From Sphaerodactylus townsendi (Eukaryota), in the NCBI RefSeq assembly GCF_021028975.2, contig NC_059426.1, positions 37,200,001 to 37,264,000 on the forward strand: 64,000 bases of DNA. The letters are read 5' to 3'. The notes beneath the pieces were generated by a model that was not told the origin of the DNA, made no database searches, and saw nothing but the letters and a program-made list of their open reading frames with translations. The position numbers and the translations under genes were made by a program. Shown in pieces: positions 1 to 13,800 of the stretch; within the stretch, counting starts at the first letter, position 1; the number at the start of each line of letters is the position of its first letter.

Positions 1-279
1 GGGGGATTCTAGTTGTTAGAATTGCCAATCTTTAGAGTATCTGTTGTCTCCAGTGTTTGTGGCTGCTTGTTCATGAATACTAAAGACAATGCCACATATT
101 AGTGGAAGAACAGTAATCAGATATCCCAATGTATTTTTAATGTTGATAAGCAGACATGGGTGAATCAGTTTTGAAGTGGGGCTACAGTGTTGTAGGAGGA
201 GGGATCAACCTTTTCTTCTATATTTTTTCTCAGAGAACTCTGAGGTGGGGTGGGGGCACATCTGTATTATTCAAATACA

Positions 280-560
280 TTATCCTATTATACCTATATT
301 TTTATGCTTCCAAGGTGGAGAGCAGCTCAGAGGGAATGATTGTTGCGAAAATAGCTTGGGGAGGGGAAACATTATGACTTCTTTTATGTTCTTCAGCCCA
401 AATTCAGATTGGGGACCCCTGAAACTACTTTTTAATATTTTTAATTTTGAGTTTGTATTGAGATGAAAGCAGGTGTAGAGGTCCCTAAAGGTTGAGATTC
501 TAGTCGAGATTTCCCATATCCCAAGGTACATTACAATGTACACACTGCCATTTCGGACAC
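280..560 (-). mobile_element. Possible highly degraded L1-like LINE ORF2 fragment
   Basis: Translation YLGIWEIS...GLKNIKEVIMFPLPKLF...FPL loosely resembles the L1 post-RT segment YLGI...GRINIVKMAILPK...IPI; weak. Confidence 0.25.
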
Positions 561-891
561 TGCAGCTGTTGAGATACATTTTGAATTGTTAACTTATCAT
601 ATGACAATTATTTTCCCCAGTACATCTTTATACTGGGGAACAATTATCCCTTTGACATTTAAATCAAGGGAAGTATGGCTTGGTGTTTCCGTGGGTAGAA
701 GAATTTCCATAGGAGCAGCATTTGGGGAAGAGGGGTGGGAGGTTGGGGCTGCAGCACTAAGGGGGAAGGCAAGAATGTTGTGCTCCACAAGCAAAAATCT
801 TTCTGGCCACTGAAACTCTTTTGGATCCAAGCCAATGAATCCCAACATAGAGGTGAAAGCAGAGCCTTCAACACTGTGTAATGATATATTT

Positions 892-1156
892 CAGGCTGAC
901 CAGATGTCCCACTTTTGGCGGGACAGTCCCGCCTTCAAACAATTTGTCCCACGTCCCAATTTTGGGAGGCTGCCCAGACTGCTCTCTGGGGCATTACCAG
1001 GCAGTGCGGCAGCTTCCCATCGGCTGAGCACGGCCTTCTGGCTTGTTGCTTCCCTCGCCTGTCACAGGGCGGAAACGTAAGCCCCAGAAGGCTATCCACC
1101 CTGCGTCACTACCCCCCTCGTCTCTGGTTCACAAAGGTGACTATCTGGTCACCTTA
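892..1156. mobile_element. Non-autonomous hAT element (Blackjack/MER81-like ends)
   Basis: TIRs caggctgaccagat / atctggtcacctta; perfect 8-bp TSD ATATATTT (884-891, 1157-1164). Confidence 0.85.
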
Positions 1157-1404
1157 ATATATTTGCATGTTTGCGAAGTTGTTCAGTTGTGTGTTACAAG
1201 CATGTCTCTCTTTTCATCTGCTCGTTGTTGCTAGGATTTTCACTTCTAAATTCGGCATGTGATAATTTGTATTGCAGCGTGCATTCTTGGTCAGTATTCA
1301 TGCTTTTGTAGTTTCTGTTTAACTGGCAGCATAACCTTTATAAACGTATTTCATGAAGGGAGGCACTTGACTGTTAATCTAGTTGAGAGACAAATTTCAG
1401 TTCC

Positions 1405-1490
1405 CTGGAACAGCTAGTTTCAAATCCAGTAGCACCTTAGAGACTAACAAGAGTTTCGGGGCATGAGCTTTCAAAAGTCAAAGCTCAAGT
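1405..1490 (-). mobile_element. Penelope-like (Neptune-type) pseudo-LTR fragment
   Basis: tccagtagcaccttagagactaacaag...gagctttcaaaagtcaaagctc; related copies at about 20182 and 37283. Confidence 0.6.
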
Positions 1491-1632
1491 GAAATTTTGT
1501 CAGATCATTCAGTTGTTTTGAGTAGCCAGTACATTTTTATTTATGGAATGGTGTAAAATTGTATTTTAAATGGATTACAAGAGCAGCTTTTTGTAACGTA
1601 CTCACTTTCTTATTTGAACTTATAAACTAGAG

Positions 1633-1846
1633 CAGGGGTGGGCAATTATTTTTTCCATGGGGCCGCATAAGAAACAGAAAATATTGTGGAGGGTCGGGCC
1701 AGCAGGCTGTGCTTGAAAGCCTGCTGGCAGCCAAGGCAACCGCTTCATGGTTTTCAAAGACGCCGCCCCCCAGCACGGCAGGGGGGCCAGTCAGGGTCAT
1801 CCGGCGGGCCGGATGTGGCCCGCGGGCCGTATAATGCCCAGGTCTG
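1633..1846. mobile_element. Non-autonomous hAT-Charlie-type element (MER58-like end)
   Basis: TIRs caggggtgggcaa / atgcccaggtctg; subterminal ggcgggccggatgtggcccgcgggccgta; perfect TSD AACTAGAG. Confidence 0.9.
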
Positions 1847-1854
1847 AACTAGAG

Positions 1855-2168
1855 GGTATAGTGGTCAGCGTGTCAGATTAGGATCTGGGTGACTGATTCT
1901 CAAGTCTCCACTCTGGCATGGTAGCTCTCTGGGTAGTTGGTTTTTATGCCCACTTTTACTCTTACAATCACCTCCCGTTCCCCTCCCCACATCAGGCACC
2001 CTGTGAGGTAGATGAGGCTGAGAGAGTTCTGAGAGAACTGTGACACCTCAGCCAGATTTCTCACAAGGTGTCTGTTGTGGGGAGAGGAAGGGAAGGGATT
2101 TGTAAGCCGCTTTGGGAGTCCTTATGGTTGAGCAAAGTGGAGTATAAATCCAAACTCCTCTTCTCCTC
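1855..2168. mobile_element. Cluster of Squam3/MIR-like SINE fragments (head +, tail -, tail +)
   Basis: tRNA-like head 1855-1932; inverted tail about 1936-2044; direct tail about 2046-2168 ending ataaatccaaactcctcttc. Confidence 0.75.
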
Positions 2169-2384
2169 CAGATTTTGGAAAGAAGTGGGAATGGCAGGGT
2201 TTTTTAAGTGGCTATCTGGAGAGATGAGTTCTCCAGCGTTAGAGGACAGAAGAGAATGAGAAGATCTGCCAAAATGGGGAGATGGATGCACACCCCCCCC
2301 CCCATAAACTATATCTGCAGTGACGAGTTCTACAACTGTTTAAGGGGTTCTTATCATGGGCACCAAAAGGTGCCCATAACAATA

Positions 2385-2616
2385 CCGTGTTTCCCCGAAT
2401 ATAAGACAGTGTCTTATATTAATTTTTGCTCCCAAAGATGCGCTATGTCTTATTTTCAGGGGATGTCTTATTTTTCTGTGTTCTGTTCATCGGGCATGCT
2501 TCCAAACAAAAACTTTGCTATGTCTTACTTTCGGGGGATGCCTTATATTTCGCACTTCAGCAAAACCTCTACTATGTCTTATTTTTAGGGGATGTCTTAT
2601 ATTCGGGGAAACAGGG
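2385..2616 (+). mobile_element. Tc1/mariner-superfamily (pogo/Tc2-like) MITE
   Basis: TIRs ccgtgtttccccgaatataagaca / tgtcttatattcggggaaacaggg; TA TSD; near-identical inverted copy at 53139-53370. Confidence 0.9.
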
Positions 2617-4471
2617 TAGCAGAACCCTATTGCCATAATGGAGTGCTGCATCTCAATATAATGCAATTTAGGTGAAAAGAAAATACAGTTCTCTACAAGC
2701 ATACATAACATCTGTGGGAATGTTGCATAGACTGCTTGTGTCCCTAGAGATACATTAGGAAATTAAAGTTTTGACCTATCTTGATTTTGCGATACAGCAA
2801 TGGAATTTGATAAAACAATCTGGTTGGGTTACCAGACAGAGTGGCCCATGCCAGTGACTTAATATCTCAAGGCCAACAGGAATGTGACAGTGTCCCCAGT
2901 TCCAATTTAGGCACAATAACACCATTTTAAAACCTAACATGGGCAACAGAAAAATGCTGTGAAGGGTCAATTCTGACTGATCTTGGAGTGCGGCGTAATG
3001 AGGTGCTCTTGTTCCCCCTGCTATGCCTTTTCAAGGGCCAGCCGTGCCCAATGGCTTATCACTGTCATGTCTAGTTTGGTCCTCCGTCTGTATTATTTCA
3101 CAGGAAGTGCCAATTGTTTAGTGTATTTTATGTCTGAGAAATCATGCTTAATACTGGAGGCCTCATTGTCCCATTGAGTACTTTGCTTATTAACTGAGTT
3201 AAGGTCAGATGGATATTCAACAGAGGAAAAAGTTGTTGATAAAGGCAATATTTTCTTCCCTACCAACGTACTTTGTACGATGTTCCCTGACACTACCTTT
3301 GTTGCCCTGGAAACAGAAATGGAAGTAGGCCTGCAACTGAAATCAACAACCTTTTACTTGTTTCCAAATGTTTCTGCTTCTCTTTGCTGGGAAACAGAAG
3401 TATAATCTCATAAAATAAATGAAAGGTTTGGAAACTATTGCTGCTTCAGCTTCCAAAAGAAAGCTGAACATGGTTTTCTTTTTTGACAGTTTCAGTGACT
3501 GGCACTGCATTGAGAATTGCAAAGTGGCAGTGTAACTGGGAACATCACAGATGTTCCAGGTACCACATAGCTGCTGGTATCTACATAGTGATTTTAAAAA
3601 AACCTTATGGGGAAGGTAGTCCCTTTTGAAACAACATGTGTACTATTTAAGGACAAGACAGCAAAAACATCAGATTAGTGCAATTCTGAGTTTTTCAGTT
3701 GTTTTTTTTAGTTCAGGCCATTATTGCAGAGAAATGGGTTGTCCCAGAATTTTTCTGAGATTGGGTGAATTGTTTTATATTGAGAGGCATGTATTTTGGA
3801 TACTTCAGCAGTGTTTAATTTTATCAGGCTTTCAAGTTATAGTCCTGCATTGTACGCAAATGTTTCTCTGACTGCCAGTAGCAAGTGAGAACCACTCCAG
3901 GTGAACGGGTGAAGAAATTTTTAGAAAAGTTGTCTTTTTCTTTTTTTGAAGCCATTGGTGAGTTCCAAATGATTAGTATGAATCTGTGTCAATTGCCAGA
4001 CTGTTGGTAACATTTGAGGACTATACTCTATCACAGATAAAGATGTTAGTACGGTCAGTTGAGGTTCAGTGAGTGAGAAAATGGTATGCTTCCACATTAG
4101 AATATAGTCCTGAACATATATGAGAATTATCATTCATTTTTACATGTTGCCTTTGTCAGAACCATTATTTTGTGCATTATTGAACATGGTGCTTCGATCC
4201 AAGAGCATTTATAGTCCATAGAACGACTATCATCAGATTCTCCAATGGATGGGGGTGTGGGGTGGAGCAGGGCTAGGTAGGCACCAGGACCCAGGTAGAG
4301 CATTCTACAACAAAGAAGGTCCAGCATGTTGAGTTCTGTGGTGGAGGGATATGCAATCTACTAACGTCTTTTTGTGAGACAGAGTATAGCAATGTTGTAA
4401 ATTTACCCTCTCCTTAGTCTGAAGTCAGTGGGTTTACATTGGTATTTGCAAGCCTGGCATCTTCTCTTAAC

Positions 4472-4714
4472 TAGAATAGCTACAGATGTGGACTGTAGAA
4501 TAGCTACAGATGTGGACTGTGTGGACTGTGGACTGTGTAGAATAGCTACAGATGTGGACTGTAGAATAGCTACAGATGTGGACTGTGTGGACTGTAGAAT
4601 AGCTACAGATGTGGACTGTAGAATAGCTACAGATGTGGACTGTGTGGACTGTGTAGAATAGCTACAGATGTGGACTGTAGAATAGCTACAGATGTGGACT
4701 ACAGATGTGGGCTG
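4472..4714. repeat. Minisatellite, 24-bp unit tagaatagctacagatgtggactg (8 copies) with higher-order structure
   Basis: Pattern (A A + tgtggactg-type spacer) x3 then A A, read directly. Confidence 0.95.
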
Positions 4715-4941
4715 TCATCTGACAGTATGTCCCATTGTACTCAGTGAGCCTTACTGTTAAATAACCCTACATAGATAGGACTGGTTTATTCATGACTAGC
4801 GGAGTAATTCTATGCAGAGTTATTCCAATCTGGACCTATCTGTTTCATTATCAGAGAGCTAGTTCACTTACACATCTACATCACTCTCAGCAGCTGATAA
4901 CCTGTATGCCCTCACAGTTCACAGGTTTGCAGCTCACAATT

Positions 4942-6076
4942 TCATAGTATCAGAAGTCTGAAGGGGCTGTACAGGCCGTATAGTCTAACTCCTGTTCAGT
5001 GCAGGATTAGCCTAGCATTCCTGACAAATGTTTGTCCAGCCGCTGCTTAAAGACTGCCAGTGAGCAGCTCACTACTTCCTTAGGCAGCTGATTCCGCTGT
5101 CGAACTATTATCACTGTAAAATTTTCCCCCAATTTCCAAACAGCACCCTTCTGCCTATAATTTAGACCTGTGGTGGCGAACCTTTGGTACTCCAGATGTT
5201 ATGGACTACAATTCCCATCCGCCCCTGCCAGCATGGCCAATTGGCCGTGCTGGCAGGGGCTGATGGGAATTGTAGTCCATAACATCTGGAGTGCCAAAGG
5301 TTCGCCACCACTGATTTAGACCCATTATTGCAAGTCCTATCCTCTGTTGCCAACAACAGTTCCCTGCTCTCTTTTAAGCGACAGTGATTCAAATAATTTA
5401 AAGAGAGCAATAATTCTCGCCCCCCCCCCCACCTCCGCTTCTCCAGACTGAACATTTCCAATTCCCTCAGCCTTTCCTCGACAGGCTTGGTCTCCAGGCC
5501 CCTGATTATCCTCACCGTTCTCCATTCTGTCTACATACCTTTTTGAAGTGAGGTCTCCAGTACTCCACCTAGAATTCCTCCAGGTGCAGCCTGACCAATG
5601 CACTGTACAGCAGGACTTTGACATCTCACGATGTTATGACTCTGTTGATACATCCCAAGATCTTATTGGTCTTTTTTGCTGCTGCATCACATTGTCTGGT
5701 CATGTTTAACTTATGGTTCCTCTGTACCCAAAGTCTTGTTCACCCACCTTTCTATCTAGAAGTGTATCCCCCATCCTGTATGTATATTTCTCATTTTCAT
5801 TACCCATGTGTAGAACTTTGCACTTGTCTTTTTGAATTTCCTCTTGTTCACATCCACCCACTTTTCCAGTGTGTTCAGATCTTGTTGAACTCTATCTCTG
5901 TCTCCTGGTATGTTCACTGTTCCTCCCAATTTGGTGTCATCTGCAAATTTAATGAATAGTCCCTCCACCCACTCATCCAGATCATTTATAAAAATATTGA
6001 AAAGTACCAGCTGAAGAACCGAGCCCTGTGGTACCTCACTGGTAACCTCCCTGCATTTAGAGGAAATGCATTTCAC
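4942..6076 (-). mobile_element. CR1 LINE 3' fragment (degraded RT ORF2 and 3' end)
   Basis: ORF VTSEVPQGSVLQLVLFNIFINDLDE...KFADDTKLGG and RGLETKPVEERLRELEMFSLEKRR; frameshifted; interrupted by a MITE. Confidence 0.92.
5168..5313. mobile_element. Palindromic hAT MITE (CAGTGGTGGCGAACCT ends) nested in CR1
   Basis: Near-perfect 146-bp palindrome centred on ggccaattggcc; TSD ATTTAGAC. Confidence 0.93.
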
Positions 6077-9000
6077 ATTGGATAAAATAAAATACAGGAG
6101 GGAGCTATGGATGCTGTATGTGTGCTAATTCTTTGTGCTGCGAAGTTTTGAGAGCTTTAAAATTTGTAATTTGTGCATCTTAATCTGCGTTTCTGATCTT
6201 GTTGAGTAAGTGGAATGGTATATTTTGTGTCATCACAACATGGTTGTTGTATTACTAGCTACCTTGAGTCTTAGGAGATAAAGTAGAATAGAAATGTTTT
6301 AAATAAATGGTATAAATAAATAAACTGCAGTGCCCTAAACTTCTTGTCAAAAGAAATAAAGATAGGCACATAGATTCTCATTAGGTATGGCTGCTTTTCT
6401 CTTATACTTCCATCACTGTATTAATCATATGTTATTTATTACAAGAGAGATTCTTCTCTCTAAAGTTTAGCTCTTAAGCATTCATTAGATTGGTAGTTGA
6501 ATGCGACATGTCTCTCTTTGGGAAATATGGTATGCTCTTGAAGAAATCAGGATTTTCTGAATACAACAATCAGACAGGAATATGTTCCTTTAGTTTACGT
6601 GGACTATGAAATGCAGAAGCGTGGTAATGCTCTACAGCTGTGAGAAGAAATGGAAAAATAGTTGCCTGAAGAAACTTCCTTCAACTAGGAAAGTTATTTA
6701 TTATTCATATTCCTCTGTTTGTTTTGATAACTCTACAGCAATACTTTAAAAAATATTTTTGAATGGCTGTAAAAACAGCAGCGCTGTAACTCTAGTTGTC
6801 TTTTTTGATAGATTTCATCTCTAAACGGTTATCATAGTAGTGTTTAAACATTTCTCCTTCACAGTAGGAGCCCAGTGTGATTTTTGGTAAATATTAAGAG
6901 GTTTAAAATAAACCTACTGTGAACAGAAGTTTTGATAGTGTCAATTTACAGTCCCAACAGTTTATCATTATATGATCAAGCTTCACTTATGGGGCCCCCA
7001 TACCACCATACATTGGTCAATATTTTTCCCTCTTTTAGTGGAGAATATGGATGAAAAAATGATTTAATGTAATAAACTGAAAGCACAGCCTGCCACACCA
7101 ACAATGTTCCTTTGTTAGCCAAGCATGAAAGGAACTAGCTCACATGAGGAAATGCCATGTCTCACACAATATGTTCTCCTGTCCTCAGGGGAAAAAGACC
7201 CTTCACAATGAGTATCCAGTGGATCATTTCCAAACAAAACCTGGAATGCAACACAGTACTCTCAAAGATGCAAACTGCTGTGGAGTAGCCTTAACATGAA
7301 TGCAACAAAGATCCTGCCAACAGTGTTCAAAATAGGGGTGATAGGCCCATGTCCAGCCTCCTTAGAAGCTGTTTGGGAATGGGGCCTAGGAAAGAGTTGT
7401 TGATAGTTTGGTATAACTATCATAGAGATTCGGCTAGTTCCTAGAGTGTCAGGGGAGGAACGACCACTTTGGGGTCTTCTCCCTGAATTGACTTTGAAAC
7501 ATCAGAGGTGCTATTCCCCTGCCCTCCACCTGCACCCACTGTTCAACAGAGTGAGGGCATGCAAGGATGGAGGCAGAAGCTTTTCTGCTCTCAGCGGGTG
7601 CCTGGCAACCCAACGTCAATCACCTTATGCCCCAAGTACTCTAAGCAGCTGCTATATTAACTTTGAATTTTGACAGGAGAAAGTGATCTCATCACACGAG
7701 GATGAAGTTTGAACAGAATTTGCCATCATAATCCCACTAAACTCCATCTTTCCCATGCACTGCCTCAAAGTCTCTTAAGATTTCCCAAGCCAGAGCTGAT
7801 GGCCCAAGTAAATGACTCCAGGAGTTTCCAAATGCCAGGTCTCATTTTCCTTCCCCCAGGTGTTTCCCACATATTGAGAATTAATTTTTGATATCTATAT
7901 TTTGATATTCATCTATTGGGGAAGATGTATATTCAGTTGTATATTTTCTGGCTTTGGTATGCACAGATACATACCCTGAAAATGTGTTTTGTTCATGTGT
8001 ACTAAAGCTACCTTCCCTTAAGTGTGGCAGGAGAGCAAAAATTGTAACATCTGGAAAGAACCTGTGCATTCATATCCTTCAGCATATGAGAATTTTGTTT
8101 TTAAAGACATCATTATGATGACTTTCCTGTCTATTAAAATTCACTGCATGAATTCACATTATGTTTGGTTAATTTCTCAGTCTATAGTATACCTCTATAA
8201 TGTTGCTAGTGCCAGTGGGGAAACTTTCTACTCAATGGCCACATCCAGAGCAGCAGAAAGTCACGACAAACCCCTATATTAAGATTGCCTGTGGCTCTTC
8301 CTTGTATTACCCAGACGCAACTCAAGCACCATATAAAATCGGATTACATGACTTGTCTGGCTCCATAGGCTCTGAGGACAAACTGTGCTCCCAGAATTTT
8401 ATCCCCCATAAATTGGCCCTGACCCCAACTTTTGCAATTTTAAATACACGGTGTATGTGTGTGACATTGCTATTCTGATGCTATTTTCTGTGATTGATAT
8501 TGAGAAGGGACCTTCAAAAGTTCACTTTTGCAAAGATTCAGTTTTGGATGCTTGAGAACAAAAAATCTGCCTACGTCTTGTAAAATTGTTTCATCTGCAC
8601 GGCTGCCATATGCACAGATGATAGTAATTTCACTAATAAAAGTAGGATTTTTATTTTAATCAGTTACTGTTGACTCAGATGAAAACCACAGATTATAAAA
8701 CCTTTTTATAGCCATTCATTGTAATGCATGTGAGGATATGTTTTTAAAGCTTTTGGCTGGATTTCAAGCTTACAATGGATTTTCTATTCATTTTTATATT
8801 TCAAACAGTAAACTAGATTATCAAGATTCAAACCTGTTTGATGGTTTATCATTTCAATCATATTCTTAATACATGCCTAAGCCAACTAACTTTTGCTAAT
8901 AGCTGGAAAGATGTCAATAACCTTTTCGCTACTGGTAAATAGTCATGAGATACTGAACATTAAACTCAGTGAAACTTTATTGGGAATGTCCTGCAGCCTT

Positions 9001-9330
9001 TAGAAATCTGAAACATTTGGTCCAATAAAGCTTGGAAATCTCTGTATCATAAATAATCTTTATAATGTTTGGGGTTGGTAGATCTGAAGAGGAATGATAA
9101 TTTGGTGCTGGATTTATTCTACACCATTTGAAACTAATATCGAAAGTTACTGTGATCAGACATCAGCAGATTTTTTTGGAATGACTATAACTTTCATTCA
9201 TTGGCTTGTCAAATATAACAGGTAATTGGAAAGGAATCATTATATCATTCTTATTAGGGCTGACCTCCAGAAATCTCAGTTCTGTTGGTAAAACACTTCC
9301 TGGACATTACCACTTTAGAGTGCCTACTGA

Positions 9331-9635
9331 GAAGAAGAAGAAGAAGAGTTGGATTTATACCCCCCCCCTTTCTTTCCTGTAAGGAGACTCAAAGGGGCTT
9401 ACAAATTCCTTTCCCTTCCCTCCTCACAAAAAACACCCTGTGAGGTAGGTGAGGCTGCGAGACCTCAGAAGAACTGTGACTAGCCCAAGGTCACCCAGCT
9501 GGCATGTGTTGGAGTGCACAGGCTAATCTGAATTCCCCAGATAAACCTCCACAGCTCAAGCGACAGAGTGGGGCATCAAACCCGGTTCCTCCAGATTAGA
9601 GTACACCTGCTCCTAACCACTACGCCACTGCTGCT
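9331..9635 (-). mobile_element. Squam3-type SINE, full length
   Basis: tRNA-like head agcagcagtggcgtagtggttagg, CORE-like gggtgaccttgggctagtcac, (CTT)n tail. Confidence 0.9.
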
Positions 9636-9795
9636 ATTGAGGATTTAATGGTTTCAATCCTAAGCAACTCGGGCAGAGTCACATTAGAGGAAATCAGTTT
9701 CCCAGCTTTCGGCTCACATTGCAGCCATCTTTGCCTCCTACAATTGCACTTCTTCAGGTTGGTGGACTTAAAAGAATAGTGTGGGGGCAAACTAA

Positions 9796-10050
9796 GGCCT
9801 TTTACAGTGCCCTAGGGATGGCAAAAATGCCGTCCCTAAGGAGCTGTTCGCATGGGGGCCACAGCTGCATCCCCTGGCCTCGGCGACACGCCGGAAGGTC
9901 GCAGGGAAGGTAAGTCGATCGGGCGACGGCACAGCACTGCGCCATCTTCCCTGTCTTTACCGGGACCATTCGTGCGAACAGTCCCGGGGGTGGGTGTGTC
10001 GGCATCGTATACGCTGAGACACACCCCTGCGTGGCCGTGCGGAAGCGACC
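9796..10050 (-). mobile_element. PIF/Harbinger-like non-autonomous element, deletion derivative of the 21305 family
   Basis: Shares TIR type (ggtcgcttccgcac) and internal and terminal hairpins with 21305-21808; one TIR truncated. Confidence 0.75.
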
Positions 10051-10396
10051 ATAGTGTAACAAGAGGGAGAGTTTCCAAAAATTACCCCCTCTTCCTTCAC
10101 AGATGTAAAAACTGGTCTACCAGAGAACATCCTGCTCTGCTGACAGAATGGCACCTCAGGATCCCAGGAAGTGTTTCTTGACAGGAAAAAGCTCCTGTGC
10201 ACAGAAAACTAAATGTTAAATGTTTCTACCCTAGGTTTCTTCATGACATGATAATTCTTTTCAATGTGTTAGGTTTTCCTATTTGCTGAATTCTGTCACA
10301 CACAAAAAATCAACGTTGCTCTGCAGTATAGTATATATTTTGCTACATAGTCTGCTGGTAGGTATAATGTACACAGTGCAGGGACAGATGACTTGC

Positions 10397-10897
10397 TTTA
10401 TTTTATTTATTTATTTATATTTAAACTTATAGACCGCCCTCCCCCGGAGGGCTCAGGGCGGTTTACAACAACGACAACTAATAACAAATAATACAGCGGC
10501 ACAATAAGTACCAGTGCAAATTAAATACAACATTTCAATCATAATATAAAAATTTCAAAATAGCAAACCAATGGTGCCTATTGGCTAAAACTCCTCTGGG
10601 GGACAGCAGGGTCCCAGCTGTTAAAAGAAGGGGGAAAAGGGAGGGGGAAGGAAAGGGAAGGGAGGGGGTATCAGTGACTGGCCTCCCCAAAAGCCCGGCG
10701 GAATAGCTCAGTCTTACAGGCCCTGCGGAACTCACTAAGGCCCTGCAGGGCCCGGACAGCTGGTGGGAGAGCATTCCACCAGGCAGGGGCCAGGGCCGTA
10801 AAGGCCCTGGCCTGGGTGGAAGCCAGCTGCATCATGGAGGGGCCAGGGACCACCAGCAGGTTGGCCTCTGCCAAACGCAGAGGCCGAGATGGGACAT
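10397..10897 (-). mobile_element. L2-clade LINE 3' end
   Basis: ORF2 C-terminus RAFTALAPAWWNALP...FRRACKTELFRRAF; 3' UTR with gcggtctataag and (ATAA)n tail. Confidence 0.88.
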
Positions 10898-13800
10898 ATT
10901 AAATTGATTTATGCCTGTTGAATTTTTTTTAATCACCATTCCACTTTTAGAAGATAGTCATGGTAATAGAAAACATTTGGCTGAGATTCATTTGTGTAGA
11001 TCTCTGCCTTTTCACAAAACACTAATATGAAGTGGGTTTACCCCACAGTGACTCAGCAGACTGATCACAACCCACAATTGACACATGGCAGCCTACCAGA
11101 GGCTCGGTAAACATTTTTATGCGGCATGTAACAGTTAGATTGGATGGGTCTGGGTAGGCCATGGCTGACAACTTATTCCAGGTGGAGTGGCAAAGACTTT
11201 GGCACCAGGGTCACATCAAATCCACAGCCCCCCCCCCCCCCCAGCCCATGGTTTACACTGTTATGTAAGCCCATTTAAGTAAATGGAGCTCAAAAGCACA
11301 GAGCTGCCACATGTAAATCATATTGTGTCCTTTGGGTTATTTTAAAAAACTTTTTTCTCTGTTGATGGCAAGGAGAACTGGATTGGAGATTGCAGCATTT
11401 TTAGAATGAAACATGTTTCCTAAATAAAGCTTTGAAAACCTAAAGATGATGTAACCACCGTGACTTGGTCCTTGCAAGCACAAGGGTCTAGCCCGTGCTT
11501 TCATTGGCAGACAGTGCAGTCACAGATTGGGAAAAAGTGAATAGAAGTGCAAGGAGAGCCCTGTAACAATACAAATTCGGAATAAATGTTCCTTAATGAC
11601 AGCAACAGGCTCCTTGGTATGTAACATGAGCACTCACTCTCAGTTATAATCAATGACATATGCTAGGAGCTTTGACATACTTCTTGGGCCATAAGTTTAA
11701 ATCCTGTAAGCAGCATGAAATAAAACTGTATGGCTGTCTTCGAGCACTTACATTTCAGCTTTTTCTTTTAGACTTTATTTATCTAGCTCTCCCCTTCATC
11801 TCTTGCCCACTTTACTAGACAGCCAGTATGGTTCTGTCATACATGGCCAAACCTTACATCATCACCACTCCAAGAATTGGCTCCTAGGGAAGCAAAATAA
11901 ACATTGTCCATTCTGGCTGCCAAGACCAAAGGGTCTGCCAGATTCCCAACCTCCGCTGGCTGGAGAAACTGATTTCCCATCCTTATTTCCCAGCTCTGAT
12001 TTTGAGAGAAATATTATTTTATAATCTATTCCACATTTTCCTAGTCTTAACTACCACGGCACAGACAAGAACTTTATTAATTATAAGATTGTGGGACTTT
12101 CATCAGATCATCCTGGTAAGTGAATGTGCCCCACATATGACCCAGTAAATTAAATATGTGCCAAAAAATAAGTTTTCGTACTGATTTGGTATATCTTAAA
12201 AGGTTTCGGACATGGAAGAGGATGCATGGAACTGTACTCAGAAACAAGGTTAGTTCAAGAGGGTTCATGCTTTTAAAAAAAATCCAGGAGTTCTCACGCA
12301 AAAGTAGAATAATCGAAACAGCAGGTGATACTTCACAGCATACAAATATGGTCGGTGCCATATACTGGTTCAAGAATAACTTGCTGCATAAGTAAACTTA
12401 AAGTTAATTGTTAATAACTTATACTCTACTACCAATGAAAGCATCAGCTGATTTCATCCCCACCCCCCCATACTGTCACACAACTCAGAAGGATGACCTT
12501 GCACAAGTCAGATTCTGATCCATCAGTTACTTGCTTTCTTCATTTCATAAATCTGAAAGCTTTCTGTACAACAATTGGCGTCCTACATCATGGTTATTTC
12601 AGCTTCCTACTGACAATTCTAGGAAAGAATTGGAAGAGACTTTCCTTAATAGTGTATTGCATTGCTCATAATGACTTCTCCCTTCTTTGGATTTCCCTGT
12701 GGGATTGATATAAATTATGCTTCAAACTGCTTATGCTGGCATGCCCCCATGGTTCATCTGTCATCATTGACATATGATCCATCTATGGCTATTAGTCATG
12801 ATAGCTTATAATAATAATGGAACCTCCATTTTCAGAGGAACCATCACTTTGAGGCCCATGAACAATTAACAGGAAAAGCTGTCACTTTCTTGCCCCATTT
12901 GGCCTAATCCAGCACATGCTGTTCTTATGTACTCATGCCACTTATGGCAGTGATGTGTCACTGCTTCTTTGTCTGACTCTTTTCATGCGCACCAGTGGAT
13001 GGTTTGTATATCAAGATCTCCATCACAGCATATTTAAAATAGTGAGCCTAGTTTGTTGCCTTTTTGCCTGACATTATGTCTTGCTAATTCCAATTTGGAT
13101 GGTAGTACAGCAGATTAATTTTTGCCTTTTGATTAATGTAAGTAAGCACATTTTCAGAGTGTTGGATTCTGTATGATTTTCCCAAACTTATGGACAGGTG
13201 GTCAAGACAGACTAGCCGACAAGCTAATACTAATACACCAACACTGATAATCTAGACTGATTTCTGCTTCCCTTATTCCCAGTAATCTGCACAGTGAAAA
13301 AGGCTTAAAATTTTATGTACCAGGAAGAATTCAATAAATCTATTTTCTGCCTAATTTTCCCTGAGTAAAAATATCACAAGATTCTTACATAAACAGAAGT
13401 ATCACAAGATTTTTGCCTCAAGAGCTTTCAAGTAAGAGACCCATTAGATTTTGTTTTCACAAATAGCAGCCACTACATACCCCAGTATCATGTGACAGGA
13501 GAGGAGAGACCAACTAAATCATTGGCCCATTGCTATTATTTTTCCAAATGCTGGAATCATGGCTCGCATAATACTGGTATAATCAGGTAGAACTTCAGAG
13601 GACATGAATAGCTCCATCCAAACCTCCATCCAGGCAGAGGAATACAGAGCCAGTGTGGCACTGCCCTGCAGTGTCCAGGAGGACTTTCCAGCAGCATGGG
13701 GAGCTCGAAAAGGCCCAATCCTCCCCTCCCCACTAAAAAGCCTCATAGAGCTTAGAGAACCTGTGCCGCCAAAAGGATACCATAAGTCCAAGGGCTGGGG

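Noticed and set aside
4472-4714. CRISPR-like array or RIATDVDC-repeat protein
   Set aside because: No unique spacers or cas genes, vertebrate context; the ORF is a by-product of a repeat unit divisible by three.
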